Virus record (IMG/VR): IMGVR_UViG_3300017605_001304
Location: 85,156-149,155 of that record
DNA: 64,000 nucleotides
Source of the DNA: a virus
Direction: 5' to 3' (one strand)
Below are positions 43,596 through 53,700 of the stretch, piece after piece; position 1 is the stretch's first letter, and every line of letters starts with the position of its first letter. The notes below the pieces were generated by a model. The model was not told the origin of the DNA. It searched no databases and worked only from the letters and a program-made list of their open reading frames with translations. The translations under genes were made by a program, and so were the position numbers.

Positions 43596-45017
43596 TTACT
43601 TGGGCAGACTGTTCAGGTACTCCTCGATGTTGGTGTACCCGTCGCCGTCTCGGTCCGTCGCCGCGTCCGCGCTCGACAACGGATTGAGCCCATGGCTCAG
43701 CTCCCAACCATCCGGCATGCCGTCACTGTCCGTGTCGATCGGGTTCGTACCCGTCTGCATCGTCGCCCAGCCGCCCACTTCGGACGGCGAGTTGATGATG
43801 TGACCGTTGTTCGAGAAGAGCGTCTGGAGGACGCGCTCGTCGACCTCGTCGCGGTACGGCCACGTCGCTCCGCAGCGCTTCGGCAAGCAGGTCAGCAACG
43901 TCGCCGCCGCCTGCGTACGAACCGCCGCCACGGTGTGCGGCACGAACATGCGGTACTGGTGAGCGCCGTAGAGCTCCGGGATCTGGTCGTTGCCGTCCGA
44001 CCGCAGGAAGAGCCAGTTGTTGAACAGCGGGTCCGTGATGAGGGTCTCTGCAATCGGGCCGATGTTCCCCGCGATGTAGATCTGGGCGCCAGGATCGGTC
44101 AGCGTGCCGACGTCGTTCGCCACGCGAATCCACGTGTGCAGCGGCGTGATGCCGGGGCCGATCGAGTTCGGGCCGGGCAGGTAGTAGTTGTTCACGATGT
44201 TCAGACGCTTGAGACCGGGGTGCTCGATCTCCATCGCCGCGCCTTGCGTCAGCGGGTCCCCGGTGTTGCCGCCCCAGTTGTAGATGAGGTTATTTCGGAA
44301 GTCGATCATGTCGCAGTAGGCGAACTGCGGGTTGCGCTGGTTGCCACTGATCATGACGTTGTGGTGCGTCGAGATGTTGTAGCAGGGCGCACCGACCGTC
44401 GACGAGCCGTACAGATTCGACATCGAGTGCCACGAGCCGTCGCCAATCCCTTCCGGAGGTGGCGGCTGCGTCTTCGGATGGAACGAATACGCGAGCGGCT
44501 CTGAAATCAAACAGTTCTGGATCGTGATGTCGTGCGCGCCGTACCAGACGGTGCAACACTCGTCGACCGACCACGACATAGATAGGTGATCAAGGATGAT
44601 GTTGTAGGTCTGACTCGGACCCGGGCTGACGTCGCTCGGCTGGCCGAAGTTGAGCGCGTCGCGATTGTCCCAGCCGTCGTCCGGGTTCTCGACGTCACCC
44701 GTGCGGATGCGCAGGTAGCGCATGATCACGTCGTGCGCCTGGATGCGGACCTCTTCGCCGCTGAGCGTGATCCCTTCGCCCGGCGCGGACTGCCCGGCGA
44801 TCGTCACGTACGGCTCGGTCAGGTGGATCGGGCTCGTGTGGTTGATGGTGCCGGCCACGTCGAAGACGATGATGCGCGGCCCAGTCGTAGATAGGGCGGC
44901 ACGCAGGCTGCCCGCACCCGAGTCATTCAAGTTCGTCACGTGAAGGACGGCGCCACCGCGGCCACCAATGCTGACCGCACCGAATCCTTCCGCGCCGGGG
45001 AACGCAGGAGTGGGCAT
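43596..45017 (-). CDS. Pectate lyase, PL1-type beta-helix, no signal peptide
   Basis: AFPGAEGFG..GGRGG..HVTNLNDSGAGSLR; TIAGQSAPG; DHLSMSWSVDE; QRNP; DFRNNLIYNW; DTDSDGMPDGWE...DGDGYTNIEEYLN; ATG 45017 with GGAGG SD. Confidence 0.9.
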   Translation of the reverse strand: MPTPAFPGAEGFGAVSIGGRGGAVLHVTNLNDSGAGSLRAALSTTGPRIIVFDVAGTINHTSPIHLTEPYVTIAGQSAPGEGITLSGEEVRIQAHDVIMRYLRIRTGDVENPDDGWDNRDALNFGQPSDVSPGPSQTYNIILDHLSMSWSVDECCTVWYGAHDITIQNCLISEPLAYSFHPKTQPPPPEGIGDGSWHSMSNLYGSSTVGAPCYNISTHHNVMISGNQRNPQFAYCDMIDFRNNLIYNWGGNTGDPLTQGAAMEIEHPGLKRLNIVNNYYLPGPNSIGPGITPLHTWIRVANDVGTLTDPGAQIYIAGNIGPIAETLITDPLFNNWLFLRSDGNDQIPELYGAHQYRMFVPHTVAAVRTQAAATLLTCLPKRCGATWPYRDEVDERVLQTLFSNNGHIINSPSEVGGWATMQTGTNPIDTDSDGMPDGWELSHGLNPLSSADAATDRDGDGYTNIEEYLNSLPK

Positions 45018-45066
45018 GGAACCTCCATGCTGGAAGACGAAGAAGAACGCGCTTGAACGGGCGCGA

Positions 45067-45303
45067 TTACGCGTCGAAGAGATCGACGCCGAGTTCCGAG
45101 AGCGGGCTCGGGCCTGGGTTCGCGTCAAACTGCCGAGGCGTATTGAAGAAGGGATCGGTGAACAAGCCGAGCATGCCGACAAGGACGTTGACCGGGGAAC
45201 CTTGCACCCAGTTCGTCGGACGGTCGAGGATGAAGAAGCGGTCGTTCAGCGTGCGGTTGTGCTTGCCGCGGACCGCTTTCAGCCGGGGTCTATTTCTGCT
45301 CAC
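45067..45303 (-). CDS. Hypothetical protein
   Basis: Fills the gap on the coding strand; GC3-biased. Confidence 0.45.
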   Translation of the reverse strand: MSRNRPRLKAVRGKHNRTLNDRFFILDRPTNWVQGSPVNVLVGMLGLFTDPFFNTPRQFDANPGPSPLSELGVDLFDA

Positions 45304-45781
45304 GCGGGTTCAGCTTCCGCAGGTAGCGGTCGATCATCCTCGCCGTGATTCCGCGGCGGGGGCTGTAGATCGCACCCGTCACCGCATCCTGCAGCTTCCG
45401 GGGTAGCTGGCAGAAGTGATGCGCACACAGGGACCACTGCTTGACTCGGAGCATGGTGGAGAGCTTGTTGGGGCACGTCGGAACCCGACAGACCGAGAGG
45501 GTCTGGGTCGGGCTGTCGTCATCGCCGCCAACGGTGCGGCGGCGATGGCCCGAGATGACGCCGCTCTTCCCCGCCTGCGTGAGCTGCAGGCGAGGGCCCT
45601 CGCCCCAGTCGCAGGGATGCGGGACGAATCCCTTGCCCGACTCGTCCGGGTCGTAAGGCGTCCCGTCTCGAACGAAGACCATCTCGCGACAGGTGAAGCA
45701 GCGCCGGAGCGGCGAGTACACCTTCACGAAGACCACGGAGGACTTGGCCACCGCGTTCCCGGACAAGATCTTCCGCCCCAT
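45290..45781 (-). CDS. Zn-binding hypothetical protein
   Basis: CFTC...HPC and CRVPTC...CAHHF..LP motifs; ATG 45781 with GAGG SD. Confidence 0.55.
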   Translation of the reverse strand: MGRKILSGNAVAKSSVVFVKVYSPLRRCFTCREMVFVRDGTPYDPDESGKGFVPHPCDWGEGPRLQLTQAGKSGVISGHRRRTVGGDDDSPTQTLSVCRVPTCPNKLSTMLRVKQWSLCAHHFCQLPRKLQDAVTGAIYSPRRGITARMIDRYLRKLNPREQK

Positions 45782-45905
45782 GCCCCACCTCGAAAAGTTC
45801 AGCCGCCTGCCCCATCCCGAGGGAGAGAACCGAGTGCCCTGCAAGCCATCATGAAGCGAGGATGTTGCCCCGTGACAGCAGCAGGCGGCTGAACCGTCTA
45901 CTGCG

Positions 45906-47291
45906 TCAGTTGGACTCGACGACCTCGGCCTCCTCCGCATCGAGCATCAGGCCCATGATCGGCCGCAGCTTCGTGGCTGCGTTCTTGAGCTCGCCGACCG
46001 GGTCCTCCTTGCGATCCTCGATCATCTTCTGGTGGTGCTGGAGCTGCCGCGCCGCGGTCACGAGGTCCGCCGTCGTCAGCTTGAGCCGCTTGCCGACCGC
46101 CTCCTGCCCGAGGCGGTAGATGGCCGCCAGCTTCGCCCGCGCACCGACCTCGGCGATGGTCGCCGGGATCATGCCCTCGCAGGCCCGGCCGACCGCTTCG
46201 AGGTCGACGTCGTCCGCGAGCTGGTCACCCGCGTAGCGCTTGACGAGGCGCATGGCCGCGTCCGCGTCGGGCTTCGTGAACTCGACGATCGCGTCGAGAC
46301 GGCCCGGCCGCAGCATGGCGGGGTGGATCTTCTCGACGCTGTTGGTCGTGAGGACGACCATGATCTCGGAGCCCTTCGCGACGACGCCGTCGATCTGCTC
46401 CAGGATCTGGTTCAGGCCCGCGCTGCGCTCGCCCTTGACCAGCTCGTCGATGTCCTCCGTGAACACGACCGCGGGCTGGTAGCGCTTCGCGAACGAGAGC
46501 GCGTTCAGGAACTGGCCGACGTTCTTCACGAGGATGAACGTCCAGCCGTTCTCCTCGCAGAGCTTCGCGGTCACGTTCGCCGTGAGGCTCTTGCCCACCC
46601 CGAACGGACCGGTCAGCAGCACGCCGCGCTTCAGCGGAACCTTCTTCGACCGGACGATGTCCGTGTAGAGGATCGGGGCGAAGAGGCTCATCGCGACCTG
46701 CGACTCGATGTCCTTGGGGAGGATCAGGTCGGACGGCGTGACCTTGTTCAGGTCGAGGAACTCCTTGTCGTTCGTGATCGCCTTGCCGCGATAGATCGAC
46801 TCGCCGGCCCGCATCCGGGCGTGCATCTGGTCGATGATCTCCTGCACGGCCGGCAGCGACTTCTTGCGCACGATCCCGACGAAGCGGAAGAAGTACGGAC
46901 CGTTCTCGACCTTCCGGGTCGCGTCGGTCTGCACGAAGCCCTCGACGCCGGGCAGGAGGAAGCGGCCCCACGGCACCTTGACCTCGGTCGTCGGACCCGT
47001 CCGTACCGTCAGCACCGCCGGCTTCTGGCCGGGGTCGAAGAAGTCCTGGGGCGGGATCTCCGTCTGCGACACGAACCCGAACCGGTCACGCAGCGTGTTG
47101 AACAGGAGCACCGCTCCGTCCCACGGGTCGAGGTCGAAGAGCTCGGAGAACTGCGTCTCCTGCTCTTCCTCCTGCTGCTTGCGCTGCAGCCACGTCACCG
47201 CCTCCGGAAGGCCCATGCCCTTCGGGAGCACGATGTCCGGGCGCTCCTCCCGCTTCACGTCGCACGACTTGAACGCCAGCTCACCTGCCAC
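45906..47291 (-). CDS. AAA+ ATPase (classic AAA clade, single ring)
   Basis: Walker A GPFGVGKS, Walker B VVFTEDID, sensor TTN, arginine-finger LRPGRLD. Confidence 0.92.
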   Translation of the reverse strand: MAGELAFKSCDVKREERPDIVLPKGMGLPEAVTWLQRKQQEEEQETQFSELFDLDPWDGAVLLFNTLRDRFGFVSQTEIPPQDFFDPGQKPAVLTVRTGPTTEVKVPWGRFLLPGVEGFVQTDATRKVENGPYFFRFVGIVRKKSLPAVQEIIDQMHARMRAGESIYRGKAITNDKEFLDLNKVTPSDLILPKDIESQVAMSLFAPILYTDIVRSKKVPLKRGVLLTGPFGVGKSLTANVTAKLCEENGWTFILVKNVGQFLNALSFAKRYQPAVVFTEDIDELVKGERSAGLNQILEQIDGVVAKGSEIMVVLTTNSVEKIHPAMLRPGRLDAIVEFTKPDADAAMRLVKRYAGDQLADDVDLEAVGRACEGMIPATIAEVGARAKLAAIYRLGQEAVGKRLKLTTADLVTAARQLQHHQKMIEDRKEDPVGELKNAATKLRPIMGLMLDAEEAEVVESN

Positions 47292-47419
47292 GATTCTCTC
47301 CTCGATGGTCTTGCTCAGGGCTCAACGGCACACGCCGCTATCTACCAGTATCGAAAAGCATCAGACGAAAAATCTGAGGGTCGATACCGCTTCCTGCATC
47401 AGGCGCTTGTAGACGCGGT

Positions 47420-48590
47420 TCATTGCATGCGGTCCTCGGTCGGCCACGCGATGTCGTTCAGCACGATCCCCGGCAAGTACCCGCCCCCCGTGAAGAGGTA
47501 CACGTCCTGCGCCATCCGCGGCAGCAGCCGGCCCGTCACGTCATGCTCGTTCAGCGCACCGCACAGGTTGGCGAAGACTTGATTCATCGCAGGACATCCG
47601 GGATCCGACACAGGAAGATCTTGAGGCTCAGCGAGTTGAAGGTGCTCGGCCAGTAGAACGGGTTGAAGCGCGACTGGCCGTACCAGTAGAGCTGATCCGC
47701 GTCGGCCGCGGCGAAGAGCTGCTGAACCAGCCTACGGTACTTCAAGTCGAGCCACGAGGTCATTCCGCCGGCTCCTCGTCGAACATGCTCCTGAGCGTGT
47801 CGTAGGGCGGGTCGCCCCACAGGAACGCCCGCAGGGCGGGCAAGAGGTCCCGCATGATGACGCGCAGGTCCTCATGAAGCAGCGCGTCGTGCGCATCGGC
47901 TTCGAGCGCAGAATACTCGGAGCGCAGCACCCGCCCGACGTTCACTCGAAGATCCTCGCGAGCGGGTGCACCGCGGCGATGTCCCGCCAGAACACGGGGG
48001 CGCCAGACAAGCCCTGGCAGAAGTAGAACAGCAGGTGGCTCGGGAAGTTGATGCAGTAGTAGTCGTAAAGCTCATACATCAGCACGACTCCGTCAGCAGC
48101 GGTTGCAGCCACAGCGCGGAGAACAGGTCGCCGGCAAAGAAGAGCAGGTCCTGCTTGGAGAACATGATGCCCGCCGGCCCGTGCGTGTAGATGAGCTGGT
48201 GAGTCATCTTCATGAAGTGCGTGTTCACAAGGTGTACTCCGTCAGCAGGGCGCGCAGCGACAGCGAGCCGTAAAAGCTGTGTTCCCAGAAGGGCGCGCCT
48301 TGTACCCAGCGGAGGATGGGAGTCTCCTCGATCACGCGCTCGTAGAAGAACCCGTTGCTCATCCTCCTGAAGTGCGCGGTCATAGGAGCTTCTTCCGATT
48401 CTGCTTGCGGCGTAGGTCACGGAACAACGCAGGTACCACCCCTACCAAGGTAAGCACCACGAGGATCATTGCAAGCGGCCTCATCGCAGGAGGCTCAGGA
48501 GCTTCTCGAACCCGTCGAAGAGGAGGTGAAGGAAGTTCCAGAAGCCGGCCGCGATCAGGCGGCCGACGCCGCGTACGAGGGACATGTCAG
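47420..48590 (-). other. Cluster of about 7 coupled mini-ORFs (45-70 aa)
   Basis: e.g. 47420-47587, 47584-47763, 47760-47945, 48079-48228, 48225-48383 with ATGA/GTGA overlaps. Confidence 0.6.
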
Positions 48591-50716
48591 CTCCCGATCC
48601 AGGCCCTTCCCACGCCCGGGACGAGAACCGTCCGGATGCCGGCGGGCCAACCCTGCTTGCTGAACTCCGCCGCGATGATGGGCTCCAAGACCGCGGCGAC
48701 CTTCTCGGCGTCCGGCAGGCCGCGGAACTGCGCGAGTCGGTGCAGGGCCACGCGGCCCGGTCCGTACTCGTGGTAGTACCCGCCCGACGGCATGCTCCAG
48801 GTTCCGGACTTGGGCTTCGCGTGCAGCGGGTCCGGGTCGGCCGGCAGGTTCGCCTGCGTCTGCTGCGTGACCGAGTAGTCGGTCTGGATGCGCAGCCACC
48901 ACGGCAGCGCCCCGAACTCCGAGATCGCCTTCTTCGAGCCGGGCACCTCCGTCCAGTGATTGAGCAGGATCGTCGGCGAGTACGTGCTCATCGGGCCGGA
49001 GTAGGCGACGAGGACGTCCGGCGTCCACGGGATCGACTCCAGGTCCGGAGCCGTCCAGCGGTCCGACGTCGACTTCGCGTAGCCGCGCCACCAGTTCCAG
49101 TTGTAGTAGATCAGCCGCTCGATCGCGCTGGTCGCCTGCACGAGCTGCTCACCCTGCATGAGCATCGCCGTGAACCACGCCTCCATCCACGGGCTCGCGT
49201 ACTCGGTGAAGACGGACGTGTCCCGGCCCGAGCTCGCGAAGACGCCGAGGCTGTACGCCCCGAGCGGGTGCGGTAGCTCGACCGTCTCCCACTTCGTGAG
49301 GGTCCGGTCGACACAAGTCCGGAGGTAGTCCTTGTGGGGATGGCCGTCCGGCAGAAGCCTGTACGCGAGGGAGAGATTCCGGAACGCCCACGCCTCTCGG
49401 CGTTGACCGAGATTCTGGAGCGTGCCGTCGTTCGGGAAGTTGTCCCGGATCGCGAGCAGGCACCACGAGATGAACTCGTCGAGTGCGAACTTCCTACCGG
49501 TCGTCAGCCACGTGAAGAGTCCGAGCAGAGGCATGTGGGCCGTGTTGACCACGGAAGGGTTCTTGTCCGCCGGGTCCTGGGGCGTGGCCGTCTGCTTCAG
49601 GAACGGGTGGTCGTGATGCACGCCCAGCACCGTGCTTGAAGGCGTTCGCCAGTGCGTCGAGAAGCTCCCGGACCCGTTCAGGTCCGCGTGGCGGGTGAGG
49701 CCGACGGCGGTCGGAGAGCCGCCGTTCAAGGCGTAGGCCGCCCAGCGGGGCCAGTGACCGATGTCCTCGCGGTCGGCCGTGCCGTCCATCTGCTCGTAGA
49801 TCGGCCCAGAGGCCATGGGGGCGCCGTTGGGGTCGGAGGCAGGCAGGAGCGGTCCGCGCTTCGGGTCGCGGTTGAGGGCCGTCCAGAGCGTCTGGGAGGC
49901 CGTCTCGGGGACCGGCTGGCTGAAGTCCCACGGCGGGATGATCCCGAGGTGGGCGAGGACCGTCGGGTCGAGGTCGACCTGGACCTCGGGCAGCGCCTGC
50001 CCGAGCCACACGCAGGTCGTGAAGCGGGCGCCCGGGTAGAGCTTCCCGCCCTTGCAGACGGGGAGCTCGATCGTCCTGCCGTCCGCGGCGCGCGTGAGCC
50101 AGCGGACGTTGTTGATCGTCTGGACGACGGGCGACAGATCGACGCGGCTGTTCTCGACCGCGGCTTCGACCAGGACGCCCGGCCAGCCGTCGAAGGCCCG
50201 CCACGTCACCTCGATCAGGAGGCGCGGGTGCTGGCCGAGCGGGCCCGTCGGCGGACCCACGAGGGTGACGTCGTGCACGCGGATGCCCGTGCGCGAGGCC
50301 ATCAGGAGCTGCAGCATCTGGATCGACTGCGCCGGCAGGAGCAGCGCGGCCCACGTGCCCGTGGGGTCCTTGATCTCCAGGTCGAACTGCAGCAGCGGGA
50401 AGATCTGCTTCCACGGGATCATGAAGATGTGCGGCGGCTGAGCGATCGTCGCGGGACGGACTTCGAGCTTGCTGCGCTTGCCCTGCACGTGCGCCACGTT
50501 CGCGCAGACGCGTGCGACCGCGATCGAGCCGTCGGCCCAGGTCGAGATCGTGTCGACGGACGCGTCCACGAGCTGCACGTCGTCCCAGAAGACGGACACG
50601 TAGTCCGGCATCGCCTCGCCCGGCAGGCCGACCAGTTGAGCGATCACCGGCGCTTGCGTCGTCGCCGTCTGCGTCACGAAGACCTGCATCACTTCCTCCA
50701 GTGCTTCCGCCACCAT
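48587..50716 (-). CDS. Putative polysaccharide lyase-like protein (PcRGLX/YetA-type N-terminal barrel + alpha/alpha barrel)
   Basis: ISTWADGSIAVA (WxDGS motif); DREDIGHWPRW; TAHMPLL...WLTTG; RREAWAFR; W/Y-rich helical C-terminal half. Confidence 0.5.
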   Translation of the reverse strand: MVAEALEEVMQVFVTQTATTQAPVIAQLVGLPGEAMPDYVSVFWDDVQLVDASVDTISTWADGSIAVARVCANVAHVQGKRSKLEVRPATIAQPPHIFMIPWKQIFPLLQFDLEIKDPTGTWAALLLPAQSIQMLQLLMASRTGIRVHDVTLVGPPTGPLGQHPRLLIEVTWRAFDGWPGVLVEAAVENSRVDLSPVVQTINNVRWLTRAADGRTIELPVCKGGKLYPGARFTTCVWLGQALPEVQVDLDPTVLAHLGIIPPWDFSQPVPETASQTLWTALNRDPKRGPLLPASDPNGAPMASGPIYEQMDGTADREDIGHWPRWAAYALNGGSPTAVGLTRHADLNGSGSFSTHWRTPSSTVLGVHHDHPFLKQTATPQDPADKNPSVVNTAHMPLLGLFTWLTTGRKFALDEFISWCLLAIRDNFPNDGTLQNLGQRREAWAFRNLSLAYRLLPDGHPHKDYLRTCVDRTLTKWETVELPHPLGAYSLGVFASSGRDTSVFTEYASPWMEAWFTAMLMQGEQLVQATSAIERLIYYNWNWWRGYAKSTSDRWTAPDLESIPWTPDVLVAYSGPMSTYSPTILLNHWTEVPGSKKAISEFGALPWWLRIQTDYSVTQQTQANLPADPDPLHAKPKSGTWSMPSGGYYHEYGPGRVALHRLAQFRGLPDAEKVAAVLEPIIAAEFSKQGWPAGIRTVLVPGVGRAWIGS

Positions 50717-53700
50717 GATTTCAACTGCAACCGCAGCGCACCGACCACGACGACGGTGCGCAGCGCCGCCGAGACGTCGGGCGCGCCGGGATTCTCGAAG
50801 ATGAACAGCAGGCGCTCCGAATTACGTACGCGGCGATAGAGCTCGTACTGCAGGTGCTCTCGCTTGGTGTGGATGTTCATCAGGGATTCAGCAGCCGGTC
50901 GAGGTGGACGCGCGGGACGAGGCCCAGCGCCTCGAATCGGTACGAGCCGAGCAGGTCGCACACGAACGAGTGCGCTTCCACCGACAACTGGTAGCTCTGA
51001 CGGTGCACGTCGAAGCGGGCACGCGCGGTCCTCGGCGTGCCCGACAGGAAGACGGTCTCGGGCAGGAGCACCTCGTAGTTCCAGGTGCCGCGCGTGAACG
51101 GCGGCCAGATCGTGTCGAAGGCCCAGAGCAAGAGGCCGAGCTCTTTCCCGCGTAGCAGTTTCATTCGGACCTCGATCGGGCCATGTCGAACCGGTAGTAG
51201 TCGAGGCCCGTATCCAGGGAGTGGACGAGCGCTCGGATCGCCCAGCCGAGCGGCTCCCAGTTATGCAGGTTCACCGTCATCCGTCCACGGAGAACGTCTG
51301 CTTCAGGTACCTGCAGCAAGACGTCCGCCATCTTGTTGAGCAGCAGGTCGTGGCGGTGCGTCATGAGCAGCGGGTCAGAGTCCATACCAGAGATCCGCCA
51401 TCACCGTGTAGAGGTAGGTCCGTTCGTTCGCACGGACCATGCGGATCTGCCGCGTGCCGAGCCACATCTCCGCGGCGAAGTCCGCAGCCGCGGCGGTGAC
51501 GTCCACGTTTTCACCGTGCTCGCCCCGCAGGGTGCTGCCGGAGCCGGAGATGGTCGGCGGGGGCGGCGGGCCGAAGACTTCTTCCAGCGCCGCGGCCAGC
51601 ATCCGATGTCCGAGGTTCTGCAACATCAGGCACCGATCCCGACGAACGCCCGCTCCATCGAGCGGAGCGAGTTCAAGACCCCACGCGACAGCGTCACGGA
51701 GTTCGTGCCGAGCGCGATGAACTGCAAGAAGTCCGCGGCCGCGGGACTGATCTCGCCGATCTGGTGCGCGTCCTTCGGGTCCGCGAGGTAGGTGCCGTTG
51801 ATGCGGCGGCCGGGGTCGTCGAGCGGGTACACGATGCTCAAGGCCCGGTACATGATGGTGACTTCGTTCGTGCTCATGCCTCGTCCAGGGCGATCAGTCG
51901 AACCTGGAGCAGCGTACCCGCGATCGCCGTGCTGATCCAGTCGCGCGGGTCACCGAAGGTCCGCAGCGCGGAGACCGTGTGTAGGTAGTCGCGATGCTTC
52001 TCGTCCGGCTCGGCGTAGGCCGACGCGATCCGCGTCATCAGCTCCTGGTAGGTGAAGAGCATCCGGTCCTCGATGCGGCTGCGGCCTCGGTTGACGACCC
52101 GCATCGGATTACCGCTGACGATGGTGGGCGGTCGCTTCACCGGAACCTCGCCGCATGATCTGTCGATAGACGCCGCCCACGCTGTCGGAGGCCAACACGT
52201 AGAACGACCATGTCTGCAGCGGGAGACGCGCCCAGGTCGCGAGCAACGCCCAGCGCTGCCACAGGTTCGTTTCTCGGATGTCCCACAGAAACATGATGAG
52301 GGGCCTCGTCACGTCCAGAGTCCTAGCAGGTCCCGGACGGCGATGCCGAACGCGTCGTAGTTCGTCGCGTACCAGAAGTTCCAGGGCTGGTCGACGTGGA
52401 CCACCGGACTTGGCATGCGCAGCCAGATGTCGACCCAGAACGAGCTGCTGAGCCGCTGGAACGTCTGCCTCGTCGGGTCGAACGTCAATGGACGATCTCA
52501 AGAAGGGCACAGAGCTCCCGCGAGGTGTGCGCGTACCGGGTCGACAGAAAGATCCACGGGAACGGCCTGAAGAGGACGTGGCCGTTCGCCTGCCGCCAGA
52601 CTCCTGAGAGCGCCTCGGCCAGCCGTTCGAACTCACGCACCATGAGCGTGCTCCTCGAACAGACGGCGGAAGGCCCACCCGAGCGCGTCGCCGTTCGTGC
52701 TGTGAAACATCCAGAACAGGTCCTTCTCGAACATCGAGAGGCCGCAGCGTCGCCACATGTGCCAGCCGTAGCCAGCGATGCGTCTGTAGGTCTTCTCGGT
52801 CGGAGAGAGCGGGATCATGCGCGAGCCCGCGGCGAGAGGAACTCGACGAGGTACGCCCCGTGCCACACGTCCGGGCCCACCATCAGCAACTGGAAGATCG
52901 CGTCGCCAGTCACCGGGAGCGGAACGACGTTGAACCACATGCGCCAGAGGCTGTTCCGCATCTGCCGCTCGTCGTTCATGCGCGACGTCATGGTGACGTG
53001 CGGGGTCATGCGAAGATCTGCTTCAAGTAGTCGGCGGACCACAGGCCCGGGCTGAGCATCAGCTCCCGAAAGCCAAGACCCTCGGGAGCCGGCATGAGTT
53101 GCGACCACCAGAGCCAGAGGTTGCAACGCATGAGCACCTCCTGCCGGATCAGCATCTTCGTCCAGGCGCTCACGGGCAGGCGACCTTCACGGCCCTGTCG
53201 AAGAACTCGGCGAGCCGCTTCAGCTCGTCCGGGCTCACGACGCGGGCCTCCTCCAGGTCCTCGCAGCAGAAGCCGATCTGGATCTTGGTCACGGGATCCC
53301 CGTGCAGCCAGATCGTCAGGTCGCCGAGCTCGAAGGACCGGATGGTCTGCGGCTCGATCTGCAGCAACGCGGGTCGATCATCGAGCATCACGGGCCCTCC
53401 CACTGAAGGTCAGGCGGCAGCCACGGCCGCCGCTGCGGCTCGACCATACGCTGGAAGTGCCCGAAGAGCCAGTAGACGCCGATGATCCCCGGGACCTCGA
53501 ACTCCCGCATGACGGCCGTCCGGGTGCGCTCGACCAGCGAGGCGTAGCTGCGGTCGTGGGTGTTCACAGCCGGAGCCACGTGTCACGGATCAGCCGGTAC
53601 ACGGTGACGTCGATCTCGTGGCGGTCCTGCACGAAGAGGGCGAGCAGGTTCTCCGGCCAGAGTCCAGACTTCGTCATCTCGGTGCAGCACGCGAGCTCGG

